Positions 27,669 through 35,189 of a stretch of DNA of 64,000 bases are shown piece after piece. Source of the stretch: an uncultured virus (IMG/VR IMGVR_UViG_3300026457_000001) (taxonomy: Duplodnaviria; Heunggongvirae; Uroviricota; Caudoviricetes); IMG/VR virus record IMGVR_UViG_3300026457_000001; one strand, written 5' to 3'. The notes beneath the pieces are model-generated. The model was not told where the DNA came from and ran no database searches. It saw only the letters and a program-made list of their open reading frames with translations. The position numbers were made by a program, and so were the translations under genes. How positions within the stretch are numbered: position 1 is the first letter of the stretch; every line of letters begins with the position of its first letter.

Positions 27669-28201
27669 CTATCGCCGCCGTGCCTTTTTCATCGCTGCTT
27701 CATGCTCTTCTGCTTCTACCGAATAAATGGCAAACCATATCATTAGTTCTTCCTGCGTCAACCGTTCCATAAGCTCGCGCAGGGTGTACCCTAGATCTCT
27801 TGCCAGACGCGCCAAAAACCTTAGTTCTGGGTCGCGCTTGACCTGGCTGATTAGTTTTTTGCGTCTTCCTCTTTAGCTTCTTCGGTGTTGGTGAGCACTG
27901 CAAGCATCAGATTTTGCAGGTCAACATCCCGAACCTCGTTCTTGAGTTCAGCGATTTCGCCTGCACGAAACAGTGGTTCGCCGTTCTCATCCTTTGCTTT
28001 TTGGATCAGCAGCTGCAAAGCAAAAGCCGTGGCATCATCGCTGCCAGCAGTCTTTTGTGCACGCTCACGCTCTGCCATGGTCAGCGGCGTGCAGTAAAAC
28101 TCAAACTCCGTGCCGTCCGATAATTTCGCGGTCTTTTTGCTTGGCGTCAAATTTGCTGCTTTTTTGAGGCGATCAAGCGCACGCATCGACTGAGCAGGCA
28201 T
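27669..28201 (-). CDS. Tail assembly chaperone (gpG, ends 27851) and -1 frameshift extension (gpGT, ends 27669)
   Basis: A AAA AAC before the stop; -1 frame open as LISQVKRDPELRFLARLARDLGYTLREL.. Confidence 0.8.
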
Positions 28202-28235
28202 AAGAATGATTGACTTGCGCTCTACTTTAAGCATA

Positions 28236-28265
28236 AAAAAGGCCCTCGGTGCAACCCAAGGGCTT
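28236..28265 (-). terminator. Terminator after the major tail gene
   Basis: aagccct..agggcc-tttttt on minus strand. Confidence 0.6.
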
Positions 28266-28285
28266 GGTAATTTCCGTCTTCAGTA

Positions 28286-29053
28286 TCAGCTCTTGCTGAA
28301 GTCGAAGGTAGGTGCAGCAGATGGACGGAAGGCGATCTCTACCATTTGAGCGTCGTCAGGGTTGACGGTCAGGCTGGCAGAGGTAAGCACTGCGTCAAAC
28401 TCAATGCTACGGCTCAGCGCAGCACTGATACTGCCGCCACTGAGGACGCGATCAATGTAGAGCTTGAAGCTGGCACCCGATTGTTGGCGCTGAATCACGT
28501 CCTGAACCATGCGGTTACCGAGCGTGCTGTCGTCATCACTGAGGTAAACCATGGCAGAGCCGCTGCCGTCAGCAAAACCGGTGATGTAACGACGGAAGGG
28601 AGCGTACTGGCCAAGGGTTTGACCGATGGTCGTAACGTCAATCTCCTCACGAGTGATTTCAAAGGACCACTCACGCACATCGCCCACAGCGGCATAGTCT
28701 GCGTATTCAACCTGGAATGCGTTAGGCGATACTGCCGTACCATCGTCAGTGATGGCAATGGTTGAACCGCCAGCCGTGGCGGAAACCTGCAGTACACCAG
28801 TTGAAGCGGTGTAACCGATGACGTAATAAGTGGTGCCAGCTGTGATACCGGCAGGCAGTGTGCCAGTGCCACTTGCGCCAGTTTCAACGTTGATTACGCT
28901 GAAAACAACAGGATCGCCAACCTTGAAATTCAAAAAGGTGGCAACTGTGATTTCATCATCAGCAACATCAACGGCAGACTCGCCAAAGGTTGCTTGGGTG
29001 CCTGCGGGTTTGTAGTAGAGGGCGCCGGACGTACCGGACAGAACGGTAGCCAT
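28286..29053 (-). CDS. Major tail protein
   Basis: Position between tail terminator and chaperone; VREWSFEITREEIDVTTIG. Confidence 0.85.
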   Translation of the reverse strand: MATVLSGTSGALYYKPAGTQATFGESAVDVADDEITVATFLNFKVGDPVVFSVINVETGASGTGTLPAGITAGTTYYVIGYTASTGVLQVSATAGGSTIAITDDGTAVSPNAFQVEYADYAAVGDVREWSFEITREEIDVTTIGQTLGQYAPFRRYITGFADGSGSAMVYLSDDDSTLGNRMVQDVIQRQQSGASFKLYIDRVLSGGSISAALSRSIEFDAVLTSASLTVNPDDAQMVEIAFRPSAAPTFDFSKS

Positions 29054-29082
29054 GTTGTGAACGGTAAGTGGCTGAAAGAATT

Positions 29083-29514
29083 CTAGCTTTGCTCAAAAGC
29101 CTCAAAACTTATGGTCACCTGGGCTTGGTAAAAGCCTTCCGGCGACGGCGGTTCAATGGTACGCGGACCATTTGCGGCGTCAAATTTTATATTTTGCAGC
29201 TGCAAACGTGAAAACAAATCAATGCAGCGCTGGGCGATTGTCAGCGTTGCACCTGGCCCCTGCCCGCGCGGGCAGAAAATGTTGAAAATCAGCGTACCGT
29301 TGCGGCGGTCGTAGCCTCCATCAGTTCCGCGAGTAGCAGACGTAAGGATTGTCAAATAAGCCGAATCGCCCCAAAGGATGCTGGCCTGAACCCAACTTGC
29401 GTTATTGGGCGGCGTAAAAGGAACGTTTTGATAAGCGACTTGCAGCGCCGGTGATGCCGCGAACTCGGTAGCAATGCGGTTTTCGATTGCTGAGCGGATA
29501 GTGTTAAGGCTCAC
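29083..29514 (-). CDS. Tail terminator/completion protein
   Basis: VAYQNVPFTPP..G..NIFCPRGQG; synteny. Confidence 0.75.
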   Translation of the reverse strand: MSLNTIRSAIENRIATEFAASPALQVAYQNVPFTPPNNASWVQASILWGDSAYLTILTSATRGTDGGYDRRNGTLIFNIFCPRGQGPGATLTIAQRCIDLFSRLQLQNIKFDAANGPRTIEPPSPEGFYQAQVTISFEAFEQS

Positions 29515-29921
29515 GATGATCGACCAATGCGGTCCGCTTCGGCGTTGACATAAGTTTGAATGTCCTTGGCGATGGAATCAACCCACCCGCCCGGCACACC
29601 AGATTTTCTACTGCCGTTAATAGCAAGCCGTTCAGCGTAGATCAGATTGTTGTGCACGCTGTAGACGTTGCCGACTTTTTCATTTCCAAGCTGATAATTA
29701 ACAGCTGTTGGCGGCAGTGACTGCCGATATTCCCCAGGGTCTTTGCCTTCTGATGGCGCGGCGTTTTGTCCTATCGCCCAGCTAGCGCGAAACCGACCTG
29801 TATCAACTGGGCTGCGAAGCTTTAAGCGCCCATCCGTTTCAAGAACAGCAGCCGTAATCAACTTGTTGAATTGATTTTCTGCGTAGTCACCAATATCTTC
29901 AATCCTGATAGTGCGTGCCAT
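29511..29921 (-). CDS. HK97 gp10-like neck protein
   Basis: SPVDTGRFRASW..NNLIYAERL. Confidence 0.8.
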   Translation of the reverse strand: MARTIRIEDIGDYAENQFNKLITAAVLETDGRLKLRSPVDTGRFRASWAIGQNAAPSEGKDPGEYRQSLPPTAVNYQLGNEKVGNVYSVHNNLIYAERLAINGSRKSGVPGGWVDSIAKDIQTYVNAEADRIGRSS

Positions 29922-29922
29922 G

Positions 29923-30279
29923 TCACTCCCTCAGGAATACTTCAAACACAATAGGCGTATTGTCCTGCTCGATTTTGCGCACCTCGACCACTTGCATAAT
30001 CCGGCTGGCAATAGTCACCTGATCCGAAACTGCAGGTTCGTAGGCAAGATCGGCCGCTGCAACAGTCAGCTTTTTGTCGGTGCTCTTGATTAGATCGTTG
30101 ATCTCACGTTCGGTCACATTCTCCAGAACACCACGGACGGTGGTTGTAGATGCAGTCGGCGCAGCTGTTCCGGTTGTTGGGTTGTAAGCCGCTGTTGTGA
30201 TGCGACGGAACGATACCTCGCCCCCAAATTTCAGCATCAGCTTGCTGGCCGTTTTGCGTAGTGAGGTAGCGAGAGCCAT
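29923..30279 (-). CDS. Head closure/head-tail joining protein
   Basis: YNPTTG..STDKKL; synteny. Confidence 0.7.
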   Translation of the reverse strand: MALATSLRKTASKLMLKFGGEVSFRRITTAAYNPTTGTAAPTASTTTVRGVLENVTEREINDLIKSTDKKLTVAAADLAYEPAVSDQVTIASRIMQVVEVRKIEQDNTPIVFEVFLRE

Positions 30280-30533
30280 CAGATTTTGTAGGCGATACAG
30301 GCGCCGTTTTGGAGTTTGATGCTGGTGAAACAACCAGTCAGATGTGCGCCGGAATCAATGGCGGCACCAGCAAAATTGTTGTCAATTACGTTGGTCGAAA
30401 TGATCGCGTCAACCGTGCTGTTTTCGTAGAAGTCGATATGACTAAATCTGCCGGTATGTGCCGCAGTATCAGTGATGACCTCCGCGCCAGTCGAATAATC
30501 AATGACAGATGCACCGCCTCTTGCTTTTGCCAT
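30279..30533 (-). CDS. Small virion protein, paralog 3 of 3
   Basis: TDTAAHTGRF..G.FT..L..G..IAYKI. Confidence 0.75.
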   Translation of the reverse strand: MAKARGGASVIDYSTGAEVITDTAAHTGRFSHIDFYENSTVDAIISTNVIDNNFAGAAIDSGAHLTGCFTSIKLQNGACIAYKI

Positions 30534-30535
30534 GA

Positions 30536-30790
30536 TCAGATTTTGTAAGCAATGACAGCGCCAGATGTGGCCAGCGTAAACGCGGTAAAGACGCCTTGCA
30601 ACTCAAACCCGGCCGGGAAAGATTCACCAACCAATGTATTGCCTGTGTAGTTCTGCGCTGTGATGGCAGTGAACGACGTATTATTTTTGGCAATCACGAT
30701 GCGATTCCACCGGCCAGTCTTTGCCGTAGTGGTATTCACAAAATCGGCGCCGATGCTGTAGCTCGGATCAATGCTGTCGGTGTTGGCCAT
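30536..30790 (-). CDS. Small virion protein, paralog 2 of 3
   Basis: TTAKTGRW..GVFT..L..GAVIAYKI. Confidence 0.75.
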   Translation of the reverse strand: MANTDSIDPSYSIGADFVNTTTAKTGRWNRIVIAKNNTSFTAITAQNYTGNTLVGESFPAGFELQGVFTAFTLATSGAVIAYKI

Positions 30791-30792
30791 GA

Positions 30793-31029
30793 TCAGATCT
30801 TGTAGGCGACGATCTTGCCGGAAGCAAGCGTGACACTTGTGAATACACCTTCAATGCTGTCGCCTGCAGTGAGCGGTACAGAGCTGAAAGTGTTACCGCT
30901 GGCGTTTTGCACAGTGGCCGTACTGATCACGGCATCAGCCAAGGCATACAGCTTGTAGAACCGGCCGGTGTGCGCAGCAGTGTCGCTGATGTACTCAAAA
31001 CCAATGTTGTAGGAGTCGTTATCGGCCAT
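30793..31029 (-). CDS. Small virion protein, paralog 1 of 3
   Basis: SDTAAHTGRF..GVFTSVTLASGKIVAYKI. Confidence 0.75.
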   Translation of the reverse strand: MADNDSYNIGFEYISDTAAHTGRFYKLYALADAVISTATVQNASGNTFSSVPLTAGDSIEGVFTSVTLASGKIVAYKI

Positions 31030-31031
31030 GT

Positions 31032-31598
31032 TCAACTCCGTTTGATGGAAAAGTTACCCGGTCCACTGATTCTAAGCCCGGTCAGATAGCGCTCAAAGAT
31101 CGGCGGCACACGGTCAGCACCCGTTGCCATGCTGCTGGCACCTGCAGTTGTGACGCTAAGACTGCCGATGCTCACGGACTTGTAATCTTCAAGGCCGCTC
31201 AATGCCATGCCGTCCTTGTTGTTGTTCAAGTAAACGGCTAGGACGACCTGAGCCTTTTTGATCTGATCAGGAATTTCGGTATCGGTGTAATAGTCCGTGG
31301 TGATGCGGAACGGAAAGCCAACAGCGTACGTGTTGATGTACGTGTCAGGCTTGCGCACGCCTGTACGCGGCCATTGCAAGGCTTGAGTGTCGGTTGCCCG
31401 TGCGCCAAGAAAACGTTCACGATCAAGACGCTGGGTGGCCGTAAATAGCGCCCGATTTTTTTGATCGGTAGTAGCCGATGCCCATGCAGTTACATCATCA
31501 TCCTCAACAAAGCCATCAATAATGGCCTGTGCGTCAGCAAGTGTGATGTAACTATTAGCCGAAGCTGAACCAACCGTGGCGTTAATTGAAATCGGCAT
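31032..31598 (-). CDS. Head-tail adaptor protein
   Basis: ANSYITLADA..AL..AT..QALQWPR..IP..IKKAQ. Confidence 0.8.
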   Translation of the reverse strand: MPISINATVGSASANSYITLADAQAIIDGFVEDDDVTAWASATTDQKNRALFTATQRLDRERFLGARATDTQALQWPRTGVRKPDTYINTYAVGFPFRITTDYYTDTEIPDQIKKAQVVLAVYLNNNKDGMALSGLEDYKSVSIGSLSVTTAGASSMATGADRVPPIFERYLTGLRISGPGNFSIKRS

Positions 31599-31751
31599 CG
31601 GTAGGCTCCGCCTTGGGCTTTACAGTGCGGCGTTTTTTAGGCGCCGGCTCTTCTGTATCAAGTTTAGGAGTGGGCTCTGCTGTAGAAAAAGAGGCCCCAG
31701 CCGAAGCCAGAGCCTCCTGTTCACGCAGTCGCCGGAAGGCGAACAGACCCA

Positions 31752-32120
31752 TCAGGCAGCAGCTGCCTTGATCACAGCAAAGTTGAGCACCACAGCTTCA
31801 CCAGCGGTAGAACCGACGTTGGAAACAGTGATCTCAAAGCTGCCGGCGGCAGTGGCGGTCACGAAAGGCAGGTACTTACCAGTGGTAGCACCGGACTTGA
31901 CCGAAACCAGCACCACGTCAGTAGCAGCGACTTCGCTGTTGGTCACCGTGAAGGAAACCTCAGCATCGCCAGCCAGCGAAGCGTTGTGCATGGTGATGGC
32001 GCCACAGGGCTTATTCAGCGTGACGCCAGTGGACTTGCTGGTGGCCTGGGTAACAGCACCACCGTTACCGCTGACGTAGCCAATGGCCTTGCCGGCGGTT
32101 ACTTCAAAAAGGGAAGCCAT
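31752..32120 (-). CDS. Probable capsid decoration protein
   Basis: Beta-rich 122 aa immediately after the capsid gene. Confidence 0.55.
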   Translation of the reverse strand: MASLFEVTAGKAIGYVSGNGGAVTQATSKSTGVTLNKPCGAITMHNASLAGDAEVSFTVTNSEVAATDVVLVSVKSGATTGKYLPFVTATAAGSFEITVSNVGSTAGEAVVLNFAVIKAAAA

Positions 32121-32135
32121 GGTTAGTTGCTCCTA

Positions 32136-33152
32136 TCAGTCGTAATTGGAGCTGACCGAAGCACGCACGATGCCAATGTTCTTGGTTTCGTACACCTTGC
32201 TCCAGTTACCTACCGTGGCCAGTTGGGCGCGGGTGGGGTTCGTGGTGGTCACGGCCCACTTGGCACCAACGGGGTGGTAGATGTAGTGCATGTCCAGAGA
32301 CATTGCGTCCGACTTGGCGAGGATGTCGCGGTCGGTTTCAGTGCGCATTGCAGCTTGCTCACCGGTGGCAATAGCGCCGTTGGTGAAGAAATAAGCGGCA
32401 TACACACCACCGGAATTGGTGATGTCATCGGACACAATCACGCGCATACCCATATAGGTAGGAACGCGATAGTCGGCGCTGTAGGCAGAAGCCACAGAAC
32501 CACCGAAGGCGTCAGGCATGGAGGTATCGGGGCTAATACCCAGATCCGAAGCCAGAACGTAATCAATGGCCTTGCGCTCAACAAGGTCGTAGTAACAAGC
32601 GCTGTGCAGAGCCACAGCAGACAGCTTCTCGCCTTGATCACCCAGCAGTGCACGGGCCTTAGCCACGTGGCGGGGGCTCAGAGCAGTTTGGGTGCTGGTA
32701 TCGAAGCGCAGGGCATCGAAGGCAGGGGAGTCACCGCCGGTCAGGGCGCCGAACACACCTTCCAGACACTTGTACAGGTCAGCCTGCTGCTGGTTAGCAA
32801 CGTACTCACCAACTTTGGCGCCGATGGCAGCCATGGGGTCGGAACCTGCAGCCAGAGCAGCAAGGTCGCGGGCCTCAAAGGCACGGCCACGGTGCAGGAT
32901 CACGCCGATTTGCTTATCAGCAGTGATTTTGCCGGGGGTAAGGCTGGTGGAATCAGAAAGAACTTCCAGATCGCCAGAGAGGTTGGCTTTCCAGAAAGGA
33001 ACATTCACGAAATCGCCGCCCTCAGTTGCATTGAGTTCAGCCATGGGCTGAGCAACACCACTCGCCAGGAAGGCGTTCTTTTGGGTGCTTTGCTCAATGA
33101 CGTAGGGCGTAAAAATTTCGGGAATGATCACGTCCGAGCGGAGCGTGGCCAT
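32136..33152 (-). CDS. Major capsid protein
   Basis: DVIIPEIFTPYV..GGDFVNVPFW..AGSDPM..ETDRDIL; follows scaffold. Confidence 0.9.
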   Translation of the reverse strand: MATLRSDVIIPEIFTPYVIEQSTQKNAFLASGVAQPMAELNATEGGDFVNVPFWKANLSGDLEVLSDSTSLTPGKITADKQIGVILHRGRAFEARDLAALAAGSDPMAAIGAKVGEYVANQQQADLYKCLEGVFGALTGGDSPAFDALRFDTSTQTALSPRHVAKARALLGDQGEKLSAVALHSACYYDLVERKAIDYVLASDLGISPDTSMPDAFGGSVASAYSADYRVPTYMGMRVIVSDDITNSGGVYAAYFFTNGAIATGEQAAMRTETDRDILAKSDAMSLDMHYIYHPVGAKWAVTTTNPTRAQLATVGNWSKVYETKNIGIVRASVSSNYD

Positions 33153-33231
33153 TGTTAGTACCAGAAATGTTTACGGTGCGGGCGTAACCCAATGACGGAC
33201 GGCGTAGCCATTCACGTCTAACGGTTACATA

Positions 33232-33927
33232 TTAAGCATTGTTTGCTGCAGCCTTCAACCGTTCGTACAAATCACGGTCAGTGCGATACAGCCGTGACTG
33301 CTCTGTGAGGTTGAAGTATTCACGGGTGAACGGGTTTTTGGTGCCGGCCGGCACTTCGCCAGAGCTTGCACGAGCGCCGACAGGTGCGCCGGAACCTTTG
33401 ACCGTAGGCGCCTTGAACAGATAGCCGCGTTCAGCCTTCAGACGTTCTACCCACTGATCCATGGGAACCTCGTTGTAGCCGTCAACAGCCACGGGGTTAC
33501 CGTTTTCGTCAAGCTTGAGCTGATCACGCACAAGGCGTAGTGCATCGTGTGGATTGTGGGCACCCTGCTCAGCGAGGATTGCCACCACGCGGTTGTCCAG
33601 TTGATTAAAGGTCAGCTTTGATTCAAGTTCAGCGATGCGCTTTTTGTAGCCATCTTCCCGTTCTTGAAACTGCTGAGCGTATTGCTTGAGGGCCTCTTCG
33701 TACTTGCCCTTTGACTCAAGCTCTTCTTGTTCTTTCTTGCGCTTGAATTCCAACAACTCCTGAACATCAATGCCGTCAGGAAGTGCTGGTGCCTTTTCTT
33801 TCTGCTCCTTAAGCTTGCCGATCAGCTCAAAGTTTTTGCGTTCTAAACCTTCAATGCTTCGCTTGAGCTTTTCCAGTTCGTCGTTGCTTGCAGTCTGCGT
33901 AGCTTCCTGCAGTTGTTCGTCAGACAT
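33232..33927 (-). CDS. Capsid scaffolding protein
   Basis: Charged coiled coil, YLFK..GSGA..NPF..NLTEQ C-terminus; upstream of MCP. Confidence 0.8.
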   Translation of the reverse strand: MSDEQLQEATQTASNDELEKLKRSIEGLERKNFELIGKLKEQKEKAPALPDGIDVQELLEFKRKKEQEELESKGKYEEALKQYAQQFQEREDGYKKRIAELESKLTFNQLDNRVVAILAEQGAHNPHDALRLVRDQLKLDENGNPVAVDGYNEVPMDQWVERLKAERGYLFKAPTVKGSGAPVGARASSGEVPAGTKNPFTREYFNLTEQSRLYRTDRDLYERLKAAANNA

Positions 33928-33984
33928 TGTGACCCGTAGGGTTTACCACCAAACTGTATAAGTAAAAGATGCTTTTTGCACGTC

Positions 33985-34179
33985 ATGTCCCGGCGTGAGT
34001 GGGATACGCCAATTCGTGAGCCGTGGAACCCCGTGATTCACCAGATGTTGAAGGCGATTGACCTGCACACGCAGGCTTACTTGAAGACTGGCGACAGATG
34101 GCACGCTGAAAATGCCAACGCGTTGCGTAAGTACGTGGCAGAGCTAAAAGACCGAATCCACGCGGCGGAACGTCAGTAG
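33985..34179 (+). CDS. Hypothetical protein
   Basis: Isolated plus-strand ORF with plausible composition. Confidence 0.5.
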   Translation: MSRREWDTPIREPWNPVIHQMLKAIDLHTQAYLKTGDRWHAENANALRKYVAELKDRIHAAERQ

Positions 34180-34180
34180 C

Positions 34181-34452
34181 TCACCATTTTGTGTTGCTTG
34201 ACCACCACGCCGCTGACATTTTGCCCTTGGCGATATTGGCCGCATGGCGTGCCTTAAACGATGATCTTCTTGTTTGCGCTTGTGCCGATTCTCCTTTTCG
34301 TGGCGGTGAGCCTGACACGCCCTGCTGACCGAACCTGATCATTTTCACCTTGTCGCCTTCCTTCGCTAGGACAACGTGTGATTTGGTCGGATGGTTTGGC
34401 GTGCGCTTGGGCTTGTTGTAGCCCTCAAACTTTTCGCCCCGGTACTCAATCA
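34181..34452 (-). CDS. Hypothetical basic protein
   Basis: NKPKRTPNHPTKSH..IRFGQQG..SFKARH; start uncertain. Confidence 0.65.
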
Positions 34453-34637
34453 TCGTCTTCCTCCTCATCGTCGTCGTTTTCAGTGCAGGTAATAACCTCA
34501 ACACCTTCGGCTAAACGGCCCATCAATGCACCAAGACCCTCAGGTGAATTCGGCACTGGGAAAAGAAACCGACCCTCAATCAGGCCATCGGCACACTTGA
34601 GGTAAGTGCAGCTTCCTTCCCAGATCTTGCCTTTCAT
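34446..34637 (-). CDS. Hypothetical acidic-tailed protein
   Basis: Coupled to neighbours by start/stop overlaps. Confidence 0.5.
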   Translation of the reverse strand: MKGKIWEGSCTYLKCADGLIEGRFLFPVPNSPEGLGALMGRLAEGVEVITCTENDDDEEEDDD

Positions 34638-34864
34638 TTGCGCTTCGTGGCTTCCTTCAATTCTGATCGCTTTTTCAGAACTGGGTTGCCAGTCGATTCA
34701 GATTGAATGCGCAATACCGGGTCAGCTTCTGTGCCGACGCGGGTGACCTTGCCGCCGGTTGGACCTTCAATGGTGGCGCGATTGCCAGCCTTGCCGGTCA
34801 CAGTGCCGTAGGTGGTCTTGCCTTGATAGGTCCAGCTGACGCGGGAGCCGATGCCGATAGCCAT
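34634..34864 (-). CDS. DUF2945/HVA1-like small beta protein
   Basis: IGSRVSW..GTV..VTR.GT..DP..I.SE.TG..VLKK.SEL. Confidence 0.55.
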   Translation of the reverse strand: MAIGIGSRVSWTYQGKTTYGTVTGKAGNRATIEGPTGGKVTRVGTEADPVLRIQSESTGNPVLKKRSELKEATKRK

Positions 34865-35049
34865 CACTTCTTGCCTTTGGGCTTACGGGCCTTGCCGGCT
34901 TCAGACAGAGCGATGGCGATGGCCTGTTTACGGCTTTTGACGGTTGGGCCTTTGCCGGGGCCTGGCTTGCCACTTTTCAGCGTTCCGGCCTTGTACTCGC
35001 TCATCACCTTGCCGATTTTCTTCTCGGCTTTGGTCGGTTTCTTGGCCAT
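34864..35049 (-). CDS. Small basic protein (DUF6496-like)
   Basis: KVMSEYKAGTLKSG..VKSRKQAIAIALSEA. Confidence 0.65.
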   Translation of the reverse strand: MAKKPTKAEKKIGKVMSEYKAGTLKSGKPGPGKGPTVKSRKQAIAIALSEAGKARKPKGKK

Positions 35050-35189
35050 CACGCCATTCTGTGACTGCATCCAATTTAGTAGTTAGATCGGAAGTGAACC
35101 AGCCGTGGTTGGTGTAGATGGCTTCAACCCAAGCCTCACCAATAAGAGCTAAAACGCAGTCACTCCTTAAATAACCGTCAACAAAACAT

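Noticed and set aside
32127..33158. 343-aa antisense ORF over the capsid gene
   Set aside because: No recognisable motifs; codon-aligned shadow ORF expected from biased codon use, unlike the intein antisense ORF, which has coherent domains
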